Of a stretch of DNA of 64,000 nt, positions 13,773-23,778 are shown piece by piece (the stretch's first letter is position 1; every line of letters begins with the position of its first letter). The notes under the pieces are model-generated. The model was not told the origin of the DNA. It saw only the letters and a list, made by a program, of their open reading frames with translations, and did no database searches. A program made the translations under genes and the position numbers. This stretch comes from an uncultured Alphaproteobacteria bacterium (GTDB taxonomy: Bacteria; Pseudomonadota; Alphaproteobacteria; Rhizobiales; Xanthobacteraceae): assembly GCA_963786355.1 (NCBI GenBank), contig CAWAYU010000004.1, forward strand, positions 338,293-402,292, written 5' to 3'.

Positions 13773-14327
13773 TTGGCACAAGCCCCTTCCAGCGAGCGGA
13801 CCCGACCCGGGGTGGACCGGCATTCGCTGGATGAAGCCGCGTCCGGGAAAAGCTCAAGACTAGATCTCTTCAAGTTCATGCCGTTTCGGCTCAACCGGCT
13901 GGCGGCCGAGGTCAGCGCGGCGCTTTCGGTCGAGTATGCGGCGCGCTACGGCCTCGACATTCCCGAATGGCGCGTGCTGGCGACGCTGGGCTTTCGCAAC
14001 GACCCCTGCAGCGCGCAATACATCGCCCACTGCACCCGCACGCATAAATCGACCATCAGCCGCGCGGTCACCGCGCTGATGAAGCGGCAGATGGTCGAGC
14101 GCGTCGAGAACGCGGACGACCGCCGCGAATTCCGCCTGCGCCTGACACGCAAGGGCACCACGTTGTATGAAGAACTGATCCCGCGCCTGTTGCGCAAGGA
14201 GCAGGAGATATTGTCTTGCCTCTCGGCGCAGGAACGCAAGACCCTCGCGCTGCTGCTCGGCAAGATCGAGGACAGCCTCGATCTGGTGCGCGACAGCGAG
14301 CAGGCGGACGCGAAGGAAGCGTATTGA
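13773..14327 (+). CDS. MarR family regulator
   Basis: PEWRVLATL, KSTISRAV and DDRREFRLRLT. TTG start after GGAG. Confidence 0.9.
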   Translation: MAQAPSSERTRPGVDRHSLDEAASGKSSRLDLFKFMPFRLNRLAAEVSAALSVEYAARYGLDIPEWRVLATLGFRNDPCSAQYIAHCTRTHKSTISRAVTALMKRQMVERVENADDRREFRLRLTRKGTTLYEELIPRLLRKEQEILSCLSAQERKTLALLLGKIEDSLDLVRDSEQADAKEAY

Positions 14328-14337
14328 ACTTTCTCCC

Positions 14338-14455
14338 CGTCATTGCGAGCGCGAGCGAAGCAATCCAGTCTTCCTCGCGGCAAGATGGATTGCTTCGTCG
14401 CGGAGCCTGTCATCGGGCGCGCATTCGCGCGACCCGTTGGCTCCTCGCAATGACG
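14338..14455. repeat. REP-like palindrome, GTCATTGCGAG family
   Basis: CGTCATTGCGAG...GAAGCAATCCA...TGGATTGCTTC...CTCGCAATGACG. Confidence 0.85.
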
Positions 14456-14470
14456 AGGTGAGAGCGTGCC

Positions 14471-15277
14471 TTACTTCACGAACGATCGCGACGGCGCCAG
14501 GTGCAGCGCAAAGGCATCGACCTTGTCGCTGGCGCGCGGATAGATCTCGCTCACGATCGGATCGTGGCCGGGAATGAAGCGATCGGGGTGGCCGGCGAGT
14601 TTTTCCACGATCTCCCAGCCCTGCGCCATGTCGCCGACATTGTAGACGATCGGAAACGGGCTGCGCTTCTGCAGGTTGGCGTAGTAATGCGCCGCGTCCG
14701 ACGCCAGCACTACCGGTCCGCGCGCGGTTTCGACCCGCACCACCTGCAGCCCGTCGGAATGGCCGCCGACACGATGCACGGTCACGCCGGGCGCGACCTC
14801 GCCGTCGCCGGAATGGAAAGTGACGCGCTCGCCGTAGACATGACGGACCATCGTGGTGACGTGCTCCACCGAGAACGGATGCCGCAGCATGCCGTTACAC
14901 ATGCAGCGCCCGGTCGCGTAGCTCATCTCGCGGTCCTGCAGATGAAACCGCGCGCCGGGGAAGCGGTCGAGATTGCCGGCGTGGTCATAGTGCAAATGCG
15001 TCACAATGACGTCTTTGATGGTGTCGGCCTTGACGCCGAACTTTTCCAGCGCATCGACCGGGTTCAGCGTCAGCTTGCGGGCACGCGCCTTGGCCTCTTC
15101 GGCGTTGAAACCGGTATCGACCAGAATGTCGCGGCCGCCGCCCCGGACCAGCCAGACGAAATAATCGAGGTCCTGCGCCGTGGTTTCGTGCGGATCCGGC
15201 ACCAGGAAATTCAAATGAGGGGTGCGCGGCGACATCGTCGCATAGCGCAGCGCGTAGATTTCGTAGGCATTTCCCAT
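14471..15277 (-). CDS. N-acyl-homoserine lactonase (AiiA/AttM)-like metallo-hydrolase
   Basis: LVDTG, THLHYDHAG (HxHxDH), GGHSDG, ASDAAH and PGHD motifs. Confidence 0.85.
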   Translation of the reverse strand: MGNAYEIYALRYATMSPRTPHLNFLVPDPHETTAQDLDYFVWLVRGGGRDILVDTGFNAEEAKARARKLTLNPVDALEKFGVKADTIKDVIVTHLHYDHAGNLDRFPGARFHLQDREMSYATGRCMCNGMLRHPFSVEHVTTMVRHVYGERVTFHSGDGEVAPGVTVHRVGGHSDGLQVVRVETARGPVVLASDAAHYYANLQKRSPFPIVYNVGDMAQGWEIVEKLAGHPDRFIPGHDPIVSEIYPRASDKVDAFALHLAPSRSFVK

Positions 15278-15395
15278 CGGTGTCACTTTTTTCTTGAGGT
15301 TCAGGTTTGGCCGATGCCGGCAGCAAGCCATCGTCATCCGCAAAGGTCAAACATCAGCGCAAATGACAGCCGCATGAAAATGGCGGTTTACCCTA

Positions 15396-15411
15396 TGTGA
15401 GAGGGATCACA
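15396..15411. promoter_or_regulatory. CRP-type box 1
   Basis: aTGTGA-GAGGGA-TCACAt, a perfect TGTGA-N6-TCACA. Confidence 0.75.
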
Positions 15412-15549
15412 TTACCACCGCGCGTCACACGGAACCGGCGTTGGACGGCCGACCGGGTACCCGGCCGCCATGACGATCGCTTTTTATTCCCTCATCCGGT
15501 CCGCCATGTCGCGATTAATTGTCGCAATTAATGACGCCATCGCAAGCGG

Positions 15550-15578
15550 TTGACGCGCTGCGGGCGCGGTTTGATAAT
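15550..15578 (+). promoter_or_regulatory. Sigma70-like promoter for the pseudo-caspase gene
   Basis: TTGACG (15550-15555), 17 bp, GATAAT (15573-15578). Confidence 0.55.
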
Positions 15579-15665
15579 GCAGAATGCGTAGAGTAAGGTC
15601 GCCGCGGCGCGAGCTGGTATCGGCGCCTTTTTGGCTGGACTGTTGCGATCTGGACTGCCGTCATT

Positions 15666-17156
15666 ATGAAAATTCGCCTTGCATTGTTGCTCTCATCGAT
15701 TGTTTCGGCCGCGATTTTTTCGGTCGCGTCGACCGCCCCGTCGTTCGCAGCGGGCGACCGCTACGCGCTGGTGATCGGTAACGCGAAATACCCGGACGCC
15801 GAGGCGCCGCTGAAGGAGCCGATCAACGACGCCCGCGACGTCGCCGATGAGCTCAAGCGCGACGGCTTCAGCGTCGATGTCGGCGAGAACCTGACCGGCG
15901 AGCAGATGCGTCGCGCCTTCGACCGGCTGTACGGCAAGATCAAGCCCGGCTCGGTCGCGCTGGTTTTCTTCTCTGGGTTCGGCGTGCAGTCGAGCCGCCA
16001 GAGCTACATGATCCCGGTCGATGCGCAGATCTGGACCGAGGCGGACGTCCGCCGCGACGGTTTCAGCCTCGAGACGGTGCTGGGCGAGATCAACAGCCGC
16101 GGCGCCGGCGTCAAGATCGCGCTGATCGATGCTTCCAGGCGCAATCCGTTCGAGCGCCGGTTCCGCAGTTTTTCGGCCGGGTTGGCCCCCGTCATCGCGC
16201 CGAACGGCACGCTGGTGATGTATTCGGCGGCGCTTTCTTCGGTGATTTCCGACAACGGCACCGACCACAGCCTGTTCGTGCGGGAACTGTTGAAGGAAAT
16301 CCGCACCCCCGACCTGATGGCGGAGGAAACGCTGAACCGCACCCGCGTCGGCGTCACCCGTGCCTCGCGCAGCGAGCAGGTGCCGTGGATTTCGTCGTCG
16401 CTGGCCGAGGATTTCTCTTTCATTCCCGGCGGCGCCGGCCCCCGGCCGTCGAGCCCGCCGCCGCCTCCGGTGGCCGCGGCGCCCGCTCCTGCCCCGCCAC
16501 CTCCTGCACCGGCCGCACCCCAGCCTCAGATAGCCGCGCCCGCACCACCGCCGACGCCCCCGTCGCCGCCACCAGCCCAGCCAAGGGTTGAGGCCGCGAT
16601 ACCGCCGCCTCCGCCGCCGGCCAAACCGCCCGAGAGCGCCCCGGTAGCGCCGCCGCTTGCCGACGATCCCACCATCAAGAGCCTGACCGCCAAGCTCATC
16701 GACAATCCCGACGATGGCGCCGCGCTGTACCGGCGCGGGCAGGTCTATGCCAGCAAGGGTGCCTACGACCTCGCCATCAAGGACTTCAACAATTCGCTGC
16801 GGCTGAATCCAAAGGACGTCGAGGCCTATAACAACCGTTGCTGGGCGCGCACGGTCATCGGCGACCTGCAAGCCGCCCTGAAGGATTGCAACGAGGCGCT
16901 GCGGTTGCGGCCGAATTTCGTCGATGCGCTGGACAGCCGCGGCCTGGTCAATCTCAAGAGCGGCCAGACCAAGAATGCGATTGCCGATTTCGACGCCGCC
17001 CTCAAGATCAACCCGCGCTTGACCTCGTCGCTGTACGGGCGCGGCCTTGCCAAGAAGCGCAACGGCTCGATTTCGGAAGGCGATCTGGATATCAACAACG
17101 CGAAGGCGATGGACCCCAATATCGCCAAGGAATACGCCGATTACGGGGTACAGTGA
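15666..17156 (+). CDS. Secreted caspase-like (peptidase C14 p20) + Pro-rich linker + TPR protein; catalytic dyad replaced
   Basis: Signal peptide and RYALVIGNAKY. FFSGFG and IDASRRNPF stand in place of xxGHG and DACR. A poly-Pro linker and about 4 TPRs follow. Confidence 0.9.
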   Translation: MKIRLALLLSSIVSAAIFSVASTAPSFAAGDRYALVIGNAKYPDAEAPLKEPINDARDVADELKRDGFSVDVGENLTGEQMRRAFDRLYGKIKPGSVALVFFSGFGVQSSRQSYMIPVDAQIWTEADVRRDGFSLETVLGEINSRGAGVKIALIDASRRNPFERRFRSFSAGLAPVIAPNGTLVMYSAALSSVISDNGTDHSLFVRELLKEIRTPDLMAEETLNRTRVGVTRASRSEQVPWISSSLAEDFSFIPGGAGPRPSSPPPPPVAAAPAPAPPPPAPAAPQPQIAAPAPPPTPPSPPPAQPRVEAAIPPPPPPAKPPESAPVAPPLADDPTIKSLTAKLIDNPDDGAALYRRGQVYASKGAYDLAIKDFNNSLRLNPKDVEAYNNRCWARTVIGDLQAALKDCNEALRLRPNFVDALDSRGLVNLKSGQTKNAIADFDAALKINPRLTSSLYGRGLAKKRNGSISEGDLDINNAKAMDPNIAKEYADYGVQ

Positions 17157-17304
17157 CGATTATTTGAGGTCAGGCTGGCGTTTGCTCGAACCCCTGAGCG
17201 GGCATCCAGACTAAAGGAAAAGTAGTAGGCCGCGGCCAGCAGGTCCGGCAGCTCATTTGCATCACGTTTGGAACCGCGCGGGACGCGCGCAGGAGGGACT
17301 GGCA

Positions 17305-17988
17305 ATGTCAAAGATCTCTGCAACGGGCAGCCTTACCGCGATCCTTTCGATCGCAACTATCGGCGCCGCCATTTCCTTCGGCGCGGTGACCGCCCGGGCC
17401 GAAGACCAGGCCAAGGACAAGAACGTCACCGAGGATCAGATCGTCCGCGCGCTGGTGCCCGAAAAGAAGGCGCCGCTGACCCGCGGTCTTTCGGTCGGAC
17501 CGCAGCAGGTCGCCGATCCCGCAGCCGTCGCCGCCGAGGGCAAGTTCGTGCAGCAGATCCGTGGCCGGTCCACGCGTTCGCTTTCGAGCACCGAGCGCGA
17601 AGAGATCGCGACCATCGTCAAGGACAAGCCCAAGATCGATCTCGAAATCAACTTCGAGTACAATTCAGCCGATATCAGCGCGAAATCGATGCCGTCAGTC
17701 CAGGCACTGGGCCGCGCGCTCACCAACAATGACCTCAAGGGTTCGACCTTCGTGGTGGCAGGCCATACCGACGCTGCCGGCGGTGAAGGCTACAATCAGG
17801 ACCTGTCCGAGCGCCGCGCCGACGCGATCAAGCGCTACCTCGTCGACAAATACGGCATCAACGGCACCGATCTGGTCACCGTCGGATACGGCAAGAGCAA
17901 GCTCAAGGACCCGAACCAGCCGATGGCCGAGGTCAACCGCCGCGTCCAGGTCGTGAACATGGAAAACAAGGCCACCGCGTCCAAGTAA
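17305..17988 (+). CDS. OmpA C-terminal-like peptidoglycan-binding protein
   Basis: Signal peptide, INFEYNSA, AGHTD, YNQDLSERRA, VGYG and NRRV. Confidence 0.9.
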   Translation: MSKISATGSLTAILSIATIGAAISFGAVTARAEDQAKDKNVTEDQIVRALVPEKKAPLTRGLSVGPQQVADPAAVAAEGKFVQQIRGRSTRSLSSTEREEIATIVKDKPKIDLEINFEYNSADISAKSMPSVQALGRALTNNDLKGSTFVVAGHTDAAGGEGYNQDLSERRADAIKRYLVDKYGINGTDLVTVGYGKSKLKDPNQPMAEVNRRVQVVNMENKATASK

Positions 17989-18045
17989 GTTGTCGAGTAA
18001 CTTGCCAAGTAACGGGCGTGGCGCTGACCAAGATTTTCCGGCTAC

Positions 18046-18079
18046 AATACGTCCCGCAACACCCCATGCGGGACGTATT
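18046..18079 (+). terminator. Hairpin terminator after the OmpA-domain gene
   Basis: AATACGTCCCGCA-8nt-TGCGGGACGTATT followed by CGTTTT. Confidence 0.6.
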
Positions 18080-18157
18080 CGTTTTGGGCGTCATTTCGGA
18101 CTTCCCGTTCGACCGATGCCCTGCCTCATTTGACCAGCAGTCTGGATTGATCCGGCG

Positions 18158-19078
18158 ATGAACCTCTCCGAATACCTCAAACCTGCGCTCGGAGTGGCAT
18201 TCTTTGCTGTTCTGGGCGTCGGCTATTACTGGTTCGAGCACCGTTCCCACGCAGAGGAAAAGGACACACCCGGCCAGGCGCTGGTGATCGTGACCAAATC
18301 CACCAATGCCTGCTTCTCCGACATGGTTCGGGTCACCGGCTTCATCGTGCCGCGCCGCGAAGCCCAGGTCGGCGTCGACCAGGAGGGGTCGCGGGTCACC
18401 GATCTCTTCGTCCGCGAAGGCGACACCGTCACCGAAAACCAGGAACTGGCGCGCCTGACCGCGCCGCCACAGCAGCCGGGAGGCCAGGGCGGCCGCGGAC
18501 CGATATCGCTGCGCGCCCCCGCCGCCGGCCTCATCACCGAAGCCAGGACCGCCGTTGGCGCGCCGGCCTCGCCGCAGGCCGGGCCGATGTTCCGGATTTC
18601 CGTCAACAACGAGATCGAGCTTGAGGCGGAAGTGCCGAGCGTCCACCTGCTCAAGCTCAACCCCGGCGCCACGGTGCGGATCAGCCGCGACGACGCGCCA
18701 GATGTGGTCGGCAAGGTCCGGCAGATATCGCCGCAGATCGACCGCGCCACCCAGCTCGGCAAAGTTCGGATCACGCTGAACAACAATCCCACGCTCAAGG
18801 TCGGCATGTTCGCCCGCGCCAATATCGACGCCAAGCGATCCTGCGGCGTCGCCGTTCCCCGCACCGCCATCGACCGCCTCACCTTGCAGGTGGTCAAGGG
18901 CAACACGGTGGAGACGCGAAGGGTGCGGGTCGGTCTGACCTCCGACACGTCAACGGAAATTCTTGAAGGCCTCGACGTCGGCGAAACCGTCGTGGCCGAT
19001 GCTGGCACCTCGCTGCATGACGGCGACCAGATCAAGACCATGTTCGCCGATGAACTCGAGCGCACGCGGACACGCTAA
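18158..19078 (+). CDS. RND periplasmic adaptor (MFP) lacking the alpha-hairpin
   Basis: N-terminal TM, lipoyl halves VREGDTV...LARL and LRAPAAGLI joined by a short Pro/Gly linker, beta-barrel, LKVGMFA, and EILEGLDVGE. Confidence 0.88.
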   Translation: MNLSEYLKPALGVAFFAVLGVGYYWFEHRSHAEEKDTPGQALVIVTKSTNACFSDMVRVTGFIVPRREAQVGVDQEGSRVTDLFVREGDTVTENQELARLTAPPQQPGGQGGRGPISLRAPAAGLITEARTAVGAPASPQAGPMFRISVNNEIELEAEVPSVHLLKLNPGATVRISRDDAPDVVGKVRQISPQIDRATQLGKVRITLNNNPTLKVGMFARANIDAKRSCGVAVPRTAIDRLTLQVVKGNTVETRRVRVGLTSDTSTEILEGLDVGETVVADAGTSLHDGDQIKTMFADELERTRTR

Positions 19079-22000
19079 TGGCTTTGAATATCTCGGCATG
19101 GTCGATCCGGAACCCGCTTCCGTCCATCGTGTTTTCGATCATCCTGCTGGTGCTTGGGCTGGGTGAGTTTCACCAAGCTCGCGGTGACGCGGCTGCCGAG
19201 CGCCGATATCCCGGTGATCTCGGTCGCGGTCTCGCAATTCGGCGCGGCACCTTCGGAACTTGAATCGCAGGTCACCAAGACCATCGAAGACGGCGTCTCC
19301 GGCGTCGAGGGCGTGCGGCACATTTCGTCCTCGATCACCGATGGATTGTCCGTCACGACGATCCAGTTCGCGCTCGAGACCAATACCGACCGCGCCCTGA
19401 ACGACATCAAGGACGCCGTTACGCGTGTTCGCGCCAACCTGCCGCAAAACGTTACCGAGCCCTTGATCCAGCGCGTCGACGTCATCGGGCTGCCGATCGT
19501 CACCTATGCCGCGATCTCGCCCGGCAAGACACCGGAGCAGCTCTCATATTTTGTCGACGACGTCGTCAAACGCGCGCTGCAGGGCGTACGCGGCGTGGCG
19601 CAAGTCGAGCGTATCGGCGGTGTCGAGCGCGAGATTCTGGTCTCGCTCGATCCCGACCGGCTGGCCGCCGCGGGACTGACCGCGGTTAATGTCAGTCAAA
19701 TTCTGCGTGGCACCAATGTCGACCTCGCCGGCGGCCGCGCCGAGATCGGCAAGAACGACCAGGCGATCCGGACGCTCGCCGGCGCCAAGACGCTGAACGA
19801 ACTCGCCGGCACCATGATTTCGCTGTTTGGCGGCGGCGAAGTTCGGCTCGACGATCTCGGCACCGTCACCGACACGATTGCCGACCGCCGCACCTTTGCC
19901 CGCTTCAACGGCGAGCCGGTGGTCGCGCTTGGCATCAAGCGCTCCAAGGGCGCCAGCGACGTGGTGGTCGCGGCCGCCGTGCAGAAGCGCATCGATGCGC
20001 TGAAGGTCGCCTATCCCGACGTCGACCTGAAGCTGATCGACACCTCGGTCGAATTCACCAAGGGCAACTATGAAGCGGCGATCTCGACCTTGTTCGAGGG
20101 CGCTATTCTCGCCGTCGTCGTCGTGCTGTTGTTCCTGCGCGACATCCGCGCCACCATCATCGCCGCGATCTCGCTGCCGCTGTCGATCTTCCCGGCGTTC
20201 TGGGCGATGGATCTGCTCGGCTTCTCGCTGAATCTCGTCTCCTTCCTCGCCATCACGCTGTCGACGGGTATTCTGGTCGACGACGCCATCGTCGAGATCG
20301 AAAATATCGTGCGCCACATGCGCATGGGCAAGACGCCGTATCGCGCGGCGCTGGAAGCCGCCGACGAAATCGGCCTCGCCGTGATCGCGATCTCACTCAC
20401 CATCATCGCGATTTTCGCGCCGGCCAGCTTCATGTCCGGTATCGCCGGACAGTTCTTCAAGCAGTTCGGCATCACGGTTTCGGTGCAGGTGTTCTTCTCG
20501 CTGCTGGCCGCGCGCTTCGTGACGCCGGTGCTGGCCGCCTACTTCCTGAAGGACAGCCACCACGACGACCCGCCGCCCGGCCGCGTGCTGAAGAGCTACA
20601 CCAAACTCGTGACCTGGTCGGTGAAGCACTATTTCATCACCGTGCTGATCGGCTTCGGCATCTTCGCCGCCTCGATCTGGAGCATCACGCTGCTGCCGCA
20701 GGGTTTTCTGCCGGCACAGGACACCGCGCGCTCGCTGCTGGCGATGGAACTGCCACCAGGCTCGCAGCTCGCTTTTACCGAGAAGGTAACCGAAGAGATC
20801 GTTGCCCGCCTGCGCAAGCGGCCGGAGGTGAAGAGCATCTTCGTCGACGGCGGCCGTGTGCCGCCGGGGACGCTGGAGGTGCGGCGCGCGGCGCTGATCA
20901 TCAACTATACGCCGAAGAAAGAGCGGGACAGCGCGCACACCCAACGACTGCTGGAGCTCGACATCAGCAAGGAGTTGGAGAACGTTCCCGATATTCGCTT
21001 CTGGTTCCTCGATGAAAACGGCCTGCGCGCGATTTCGCTTGTCGTGACCGGAACCGACAGCAATATCGTCAACAACGTCGCCAGCGAACTCGCGACCCAG
21101 ATGAAGCGGATTCCGCTGATCGCCAACGTCATCTCCGAAACCTCGCTCGACCGGCCCGAACTTCGGATCCGGCCGCGCGCGGAACTGGCCGCACGGCTTG
21201 GCGTTTCGACGGAGAGCCTGTCGCAAACCATCCGCGTCGCCACCATTGGCGACGTCGGCCCGGCGTTGGCCAAATTCGACGCCGGCGACCGCCAGGTGCC
21301 GATCCGTGTCCAGCTTGAGGATAACGCGCGCGGCGATCTGAAGATGCTCGAACAGCTACGGGTGCCGCTGGGCCAACGCGGCGAACGTGGCGGCGTGCCG
21401 CTATCTGTCGTTGCCGACATCCAGCTCGATCAGGGTCCGACCAGCATCAACCGCTACGACCGGGAACGGCAGGCCACCGTGGCGGCCGACCTCGTCGGCA
21501 ACTCGGCGCTCGGCGACGCTACCAAGAAGATCTACGAACTTCCGGTCATGAAGAGCCTGCCGAAAGGCGTCAAGGTGAGCCCGTCGGGTGATGCCGAAAG
21601 CCTCAACGAATTGTCGGAAGGCTTTGCCACCGCCATCACCGCCGGCCTGATGATGGTCTATGCGGTGCTGGTGCTGCTGTTCGGCACCTTCCTGCAGCCG
21701 ATCACCATCCTGTTCTCGCTGCCGCTCTCGATCGGCGGCGCGATCGCGGCACTGCTGTTGACCGGCAAGCAGCTGACCACGCCGGTGTGGATCGGCATTT
21801 TGATGCTGATGGGCATCGTCACCAAGAACGCCATCATGCTGGTGGAGTTCGCGGTCGAGGCGATCCGCGAAGGCAAGAAGCGCGACGAGGCGATCATCGA
21901 CGCCGGCATGAAGCGCGCGCGCCCGATCGTGATGACGACGATCGCGATGGCGGCCGGCATGATGCCGTCAGCGCTGGCGTTCGGCGCCGGCGGCGAATTC

Positions 22001-22240
22001 CGTTCGCCGATGGCGCTCGCCGTGATCGGCGGTCTGGTGTTCTCGACCGTGCTGTCGCTGGTGTTCGTGCCGGCGATGTTCATGATGATGGACGACCTCG
22101 GCGCCTTCATCTGGCGCTTCGGCAAACTGCTGCTCGCCTCGCATGCCGAGAGCGAGCCGGCAGGCCATGGTCACGATCACAACGAACCGCCGGCCAAGGG
22201 CCCACCGGCGCCGCCGGCAATGTCGCCAGCGGCGGAGTAG
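19078..22240 (+). CDS. RND (HAE1/AcrB-like) permease (frameshift near 19157)
   Basis: NISAWSIRNP start, ILVDDAIVEIEN, IVTKNAIMLVEF and RARPIVMTT. Proton-relay residues are intact. Confidence 0.93.
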
Positions 22241-22309
22241 TGAAGCACATTCCCATGATGACCCGTTTGGGGGCTCGACAGGCCCTCGGCAGAGGCTAGA
22301 TTCCACTCC

Positions 22310-22597
22310 ATGAACCTGATCAACCGTACGCTTGAAATCGATGCCGATACCGATGCCCGCCTCCGCGAAATGGCGAAAGAGCGCGGTCAGGACGTCGCGG
22401 CTGTATTAGCCGAAGCTGTGGCACTGCTCGATTCAATCGTTGATCTTTCCGGGCCGGATATCGCCGAGGATCGCCGTCGATACGACGAGTTCAAGCGAAC
22501 GCGCACCGCTGTTCCGCTTGACGACGTCAAGGCATGGGTTGCGAGTTGGGGTTCGGCGGATGAATTGCCTCGCCCGCAGGCGCGCAAGGTCGGATGA
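22310..22597 (+). CDS. Antitoxin (RHH/CopG-like)
   Basis: 95 aa with a C-terminal V..WVASWGS..ELPRP. Overlaps the toxin start (ATGA). Confidence 0.7.
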   Translation: MNLINRTLEIDADTDARLREMAKERGQDVAAVLAEAVALLDSIVDLSGPDIAEDRRRYDEFKRTRTAVPLDDVKAWVASWGSADELPRPQARKVG

Positions 22598-22878
22598 TTC
22601 TCCTTTCGCCCGACGCTGAAGAGGACGTCGAGCGACTTAGAACATTTCTCATTCAGGAAAATCCTGACGCCGCACGACGAGCGCTGGATGTGATCTGGGC
22701 CGCGATAGACAGGCTCCAGGATTTTCCAGCGCTCGCAATGGCCACCGAAGATGCTGACATTCGCCAGATCGTGGTCCGTTTCGGCACGTCGGGTTACATC
22801 GTGCGCTACGTTATTCTGCCAAAAACAAATGACGTTCTTGTCACCCGAGTCTGGCATGGACGCGAAGCACGCGTTTGA
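22594..22878 (+). CDS. RelE/ParE family toxin
   Basis: LSPDAEEDVERL, NPDAARRA, GYIVRY and RVWHGRE motifs. Confidence 0.85.
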   Translation: MILLSPDAEEDVERLRTFLIQENPDAARRALDVIWAAIDRLQDFPALAMATEDADIRQIVVRFGTSGYIVRYVILPKTNDVLVTRVWHGREARV

Positions 22879-22884
22879 TACCCC

Positions 22885-23559
22885 CTACTCGTTCCGCGCC
22901 ACCGCCGTCAGCTTGGTCATGTTCTGCAGCATGATACGTCCGCGCTGCAGGTCGAGGATGCCGTCCTTGCGCCAGAGCTGCAGCTGACGGTTGACGCTTT
23001 CGCGGGCGGCGCCGACGAAGACGCCGAGCTGTTCCTGCGAGATGTGCACTTCCGAACCGAAGTCGTCCGACAGCGCGCAGAGCCGGCGCGCGAGGCGCAC
23101 CGGCAGCGGCTGCAGCACCGATTCCTCCATCCGCTCGCTCTGCCAGCGGATGCGCTGGCACAACAGCATGATGATCTTGATCGCGACCTTGGGCTCGCGC
23201 TCGAGGAAGGCGAGGAAATCCTCGCGCCGCAGCACGAACAGTTCCGACGGCTCACCGGCGGCGGCATCCGCGGTGCGGCTCTGGCCGTCGAGCACGGCGA
23301 CCTCGCCGAACAGGTCGCCAGGACCCATGAAATTCAGCGTCAGGCGGCTGCCGTCGGCGGCGCCGGTCTCGATCCGGATCTGGCCGCGACGGACCCCGTA
23401 CAGGGCATCGCCGGGGTCGCCCTTCTGGAACAGCATTTCGCCGACCCCGAGTTGCGCGGTGTGGCAAAGGCCGGAAATGCGCTGCAACTCGTCAGCGCCC
23501 AAATCCGCAAACATCGGATTCATTTTCAAGATGACCGCAAATTCGGCCTGTTTACTCAT
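22885..23559 (-). CDS. Crp/Fnr family cyclic-nucleotide-binding regulator
   Basis: LFQKGDPG, FGEVAVLDGQSRTA and HTH SQEQLGVFVGAARESVNRQL. Confidence 0.93.
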   Translation of the reverse strand: MSKQAEFAVILKMNPMFADLGADELQRISGLCHTAQLGVGEMLFQKGDPGDALYGVRRGQIRIETGAADGSRLTLNFMGPGDLFGEVAVLDGQSRTADAAAGEPSELFVLRREDFLAFLEREPKVAIKIIMLLCQRIRWQSERMEESVLQPLPVRLARRLCALSDDFGSEVHISQEQLGVFVGAARESVNRQLQLWRKDGILDLQRGRIMLQNMTKLTAVARNE

Positions 23560-23627
23560 TGTATTGCCTTCCAAATCAGTCTCAACCAGCCTCCCAAGCC
23601 GGTTAGCAAAATTCGCCCACCTGGAAG

Positions 23628-23643
23628 TGTGTCATAAGTCACA
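23628..23643. promoter_or_regulatory. CRP-type box 2, between divergent crp and asmA
   Basis: TGTGT-CATAAG-TCACA (9/10). TATTTT lies 22 nt downstream, at 23666. Confidence 0.6.
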
Positions 23644-23778
23644 TAACTTTGCAGTACCCCTGGATTATTTTTGGCTTCTTTGGGCCCTGTCCCTTTCCGG
23701 GATAAGCTCGCCCGATCGGTCGCGTGCGCGTTTGGCACGGCCGATCTTGATGCCGGTGACCCGGTCTGGAATGTCGAC

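Noticed and set aside
16430-16660. CCG-rich repetitive tract
   Set aside because: It encodes the poly-Pro linker; it is not a CRISPR array or DNA repeat element.
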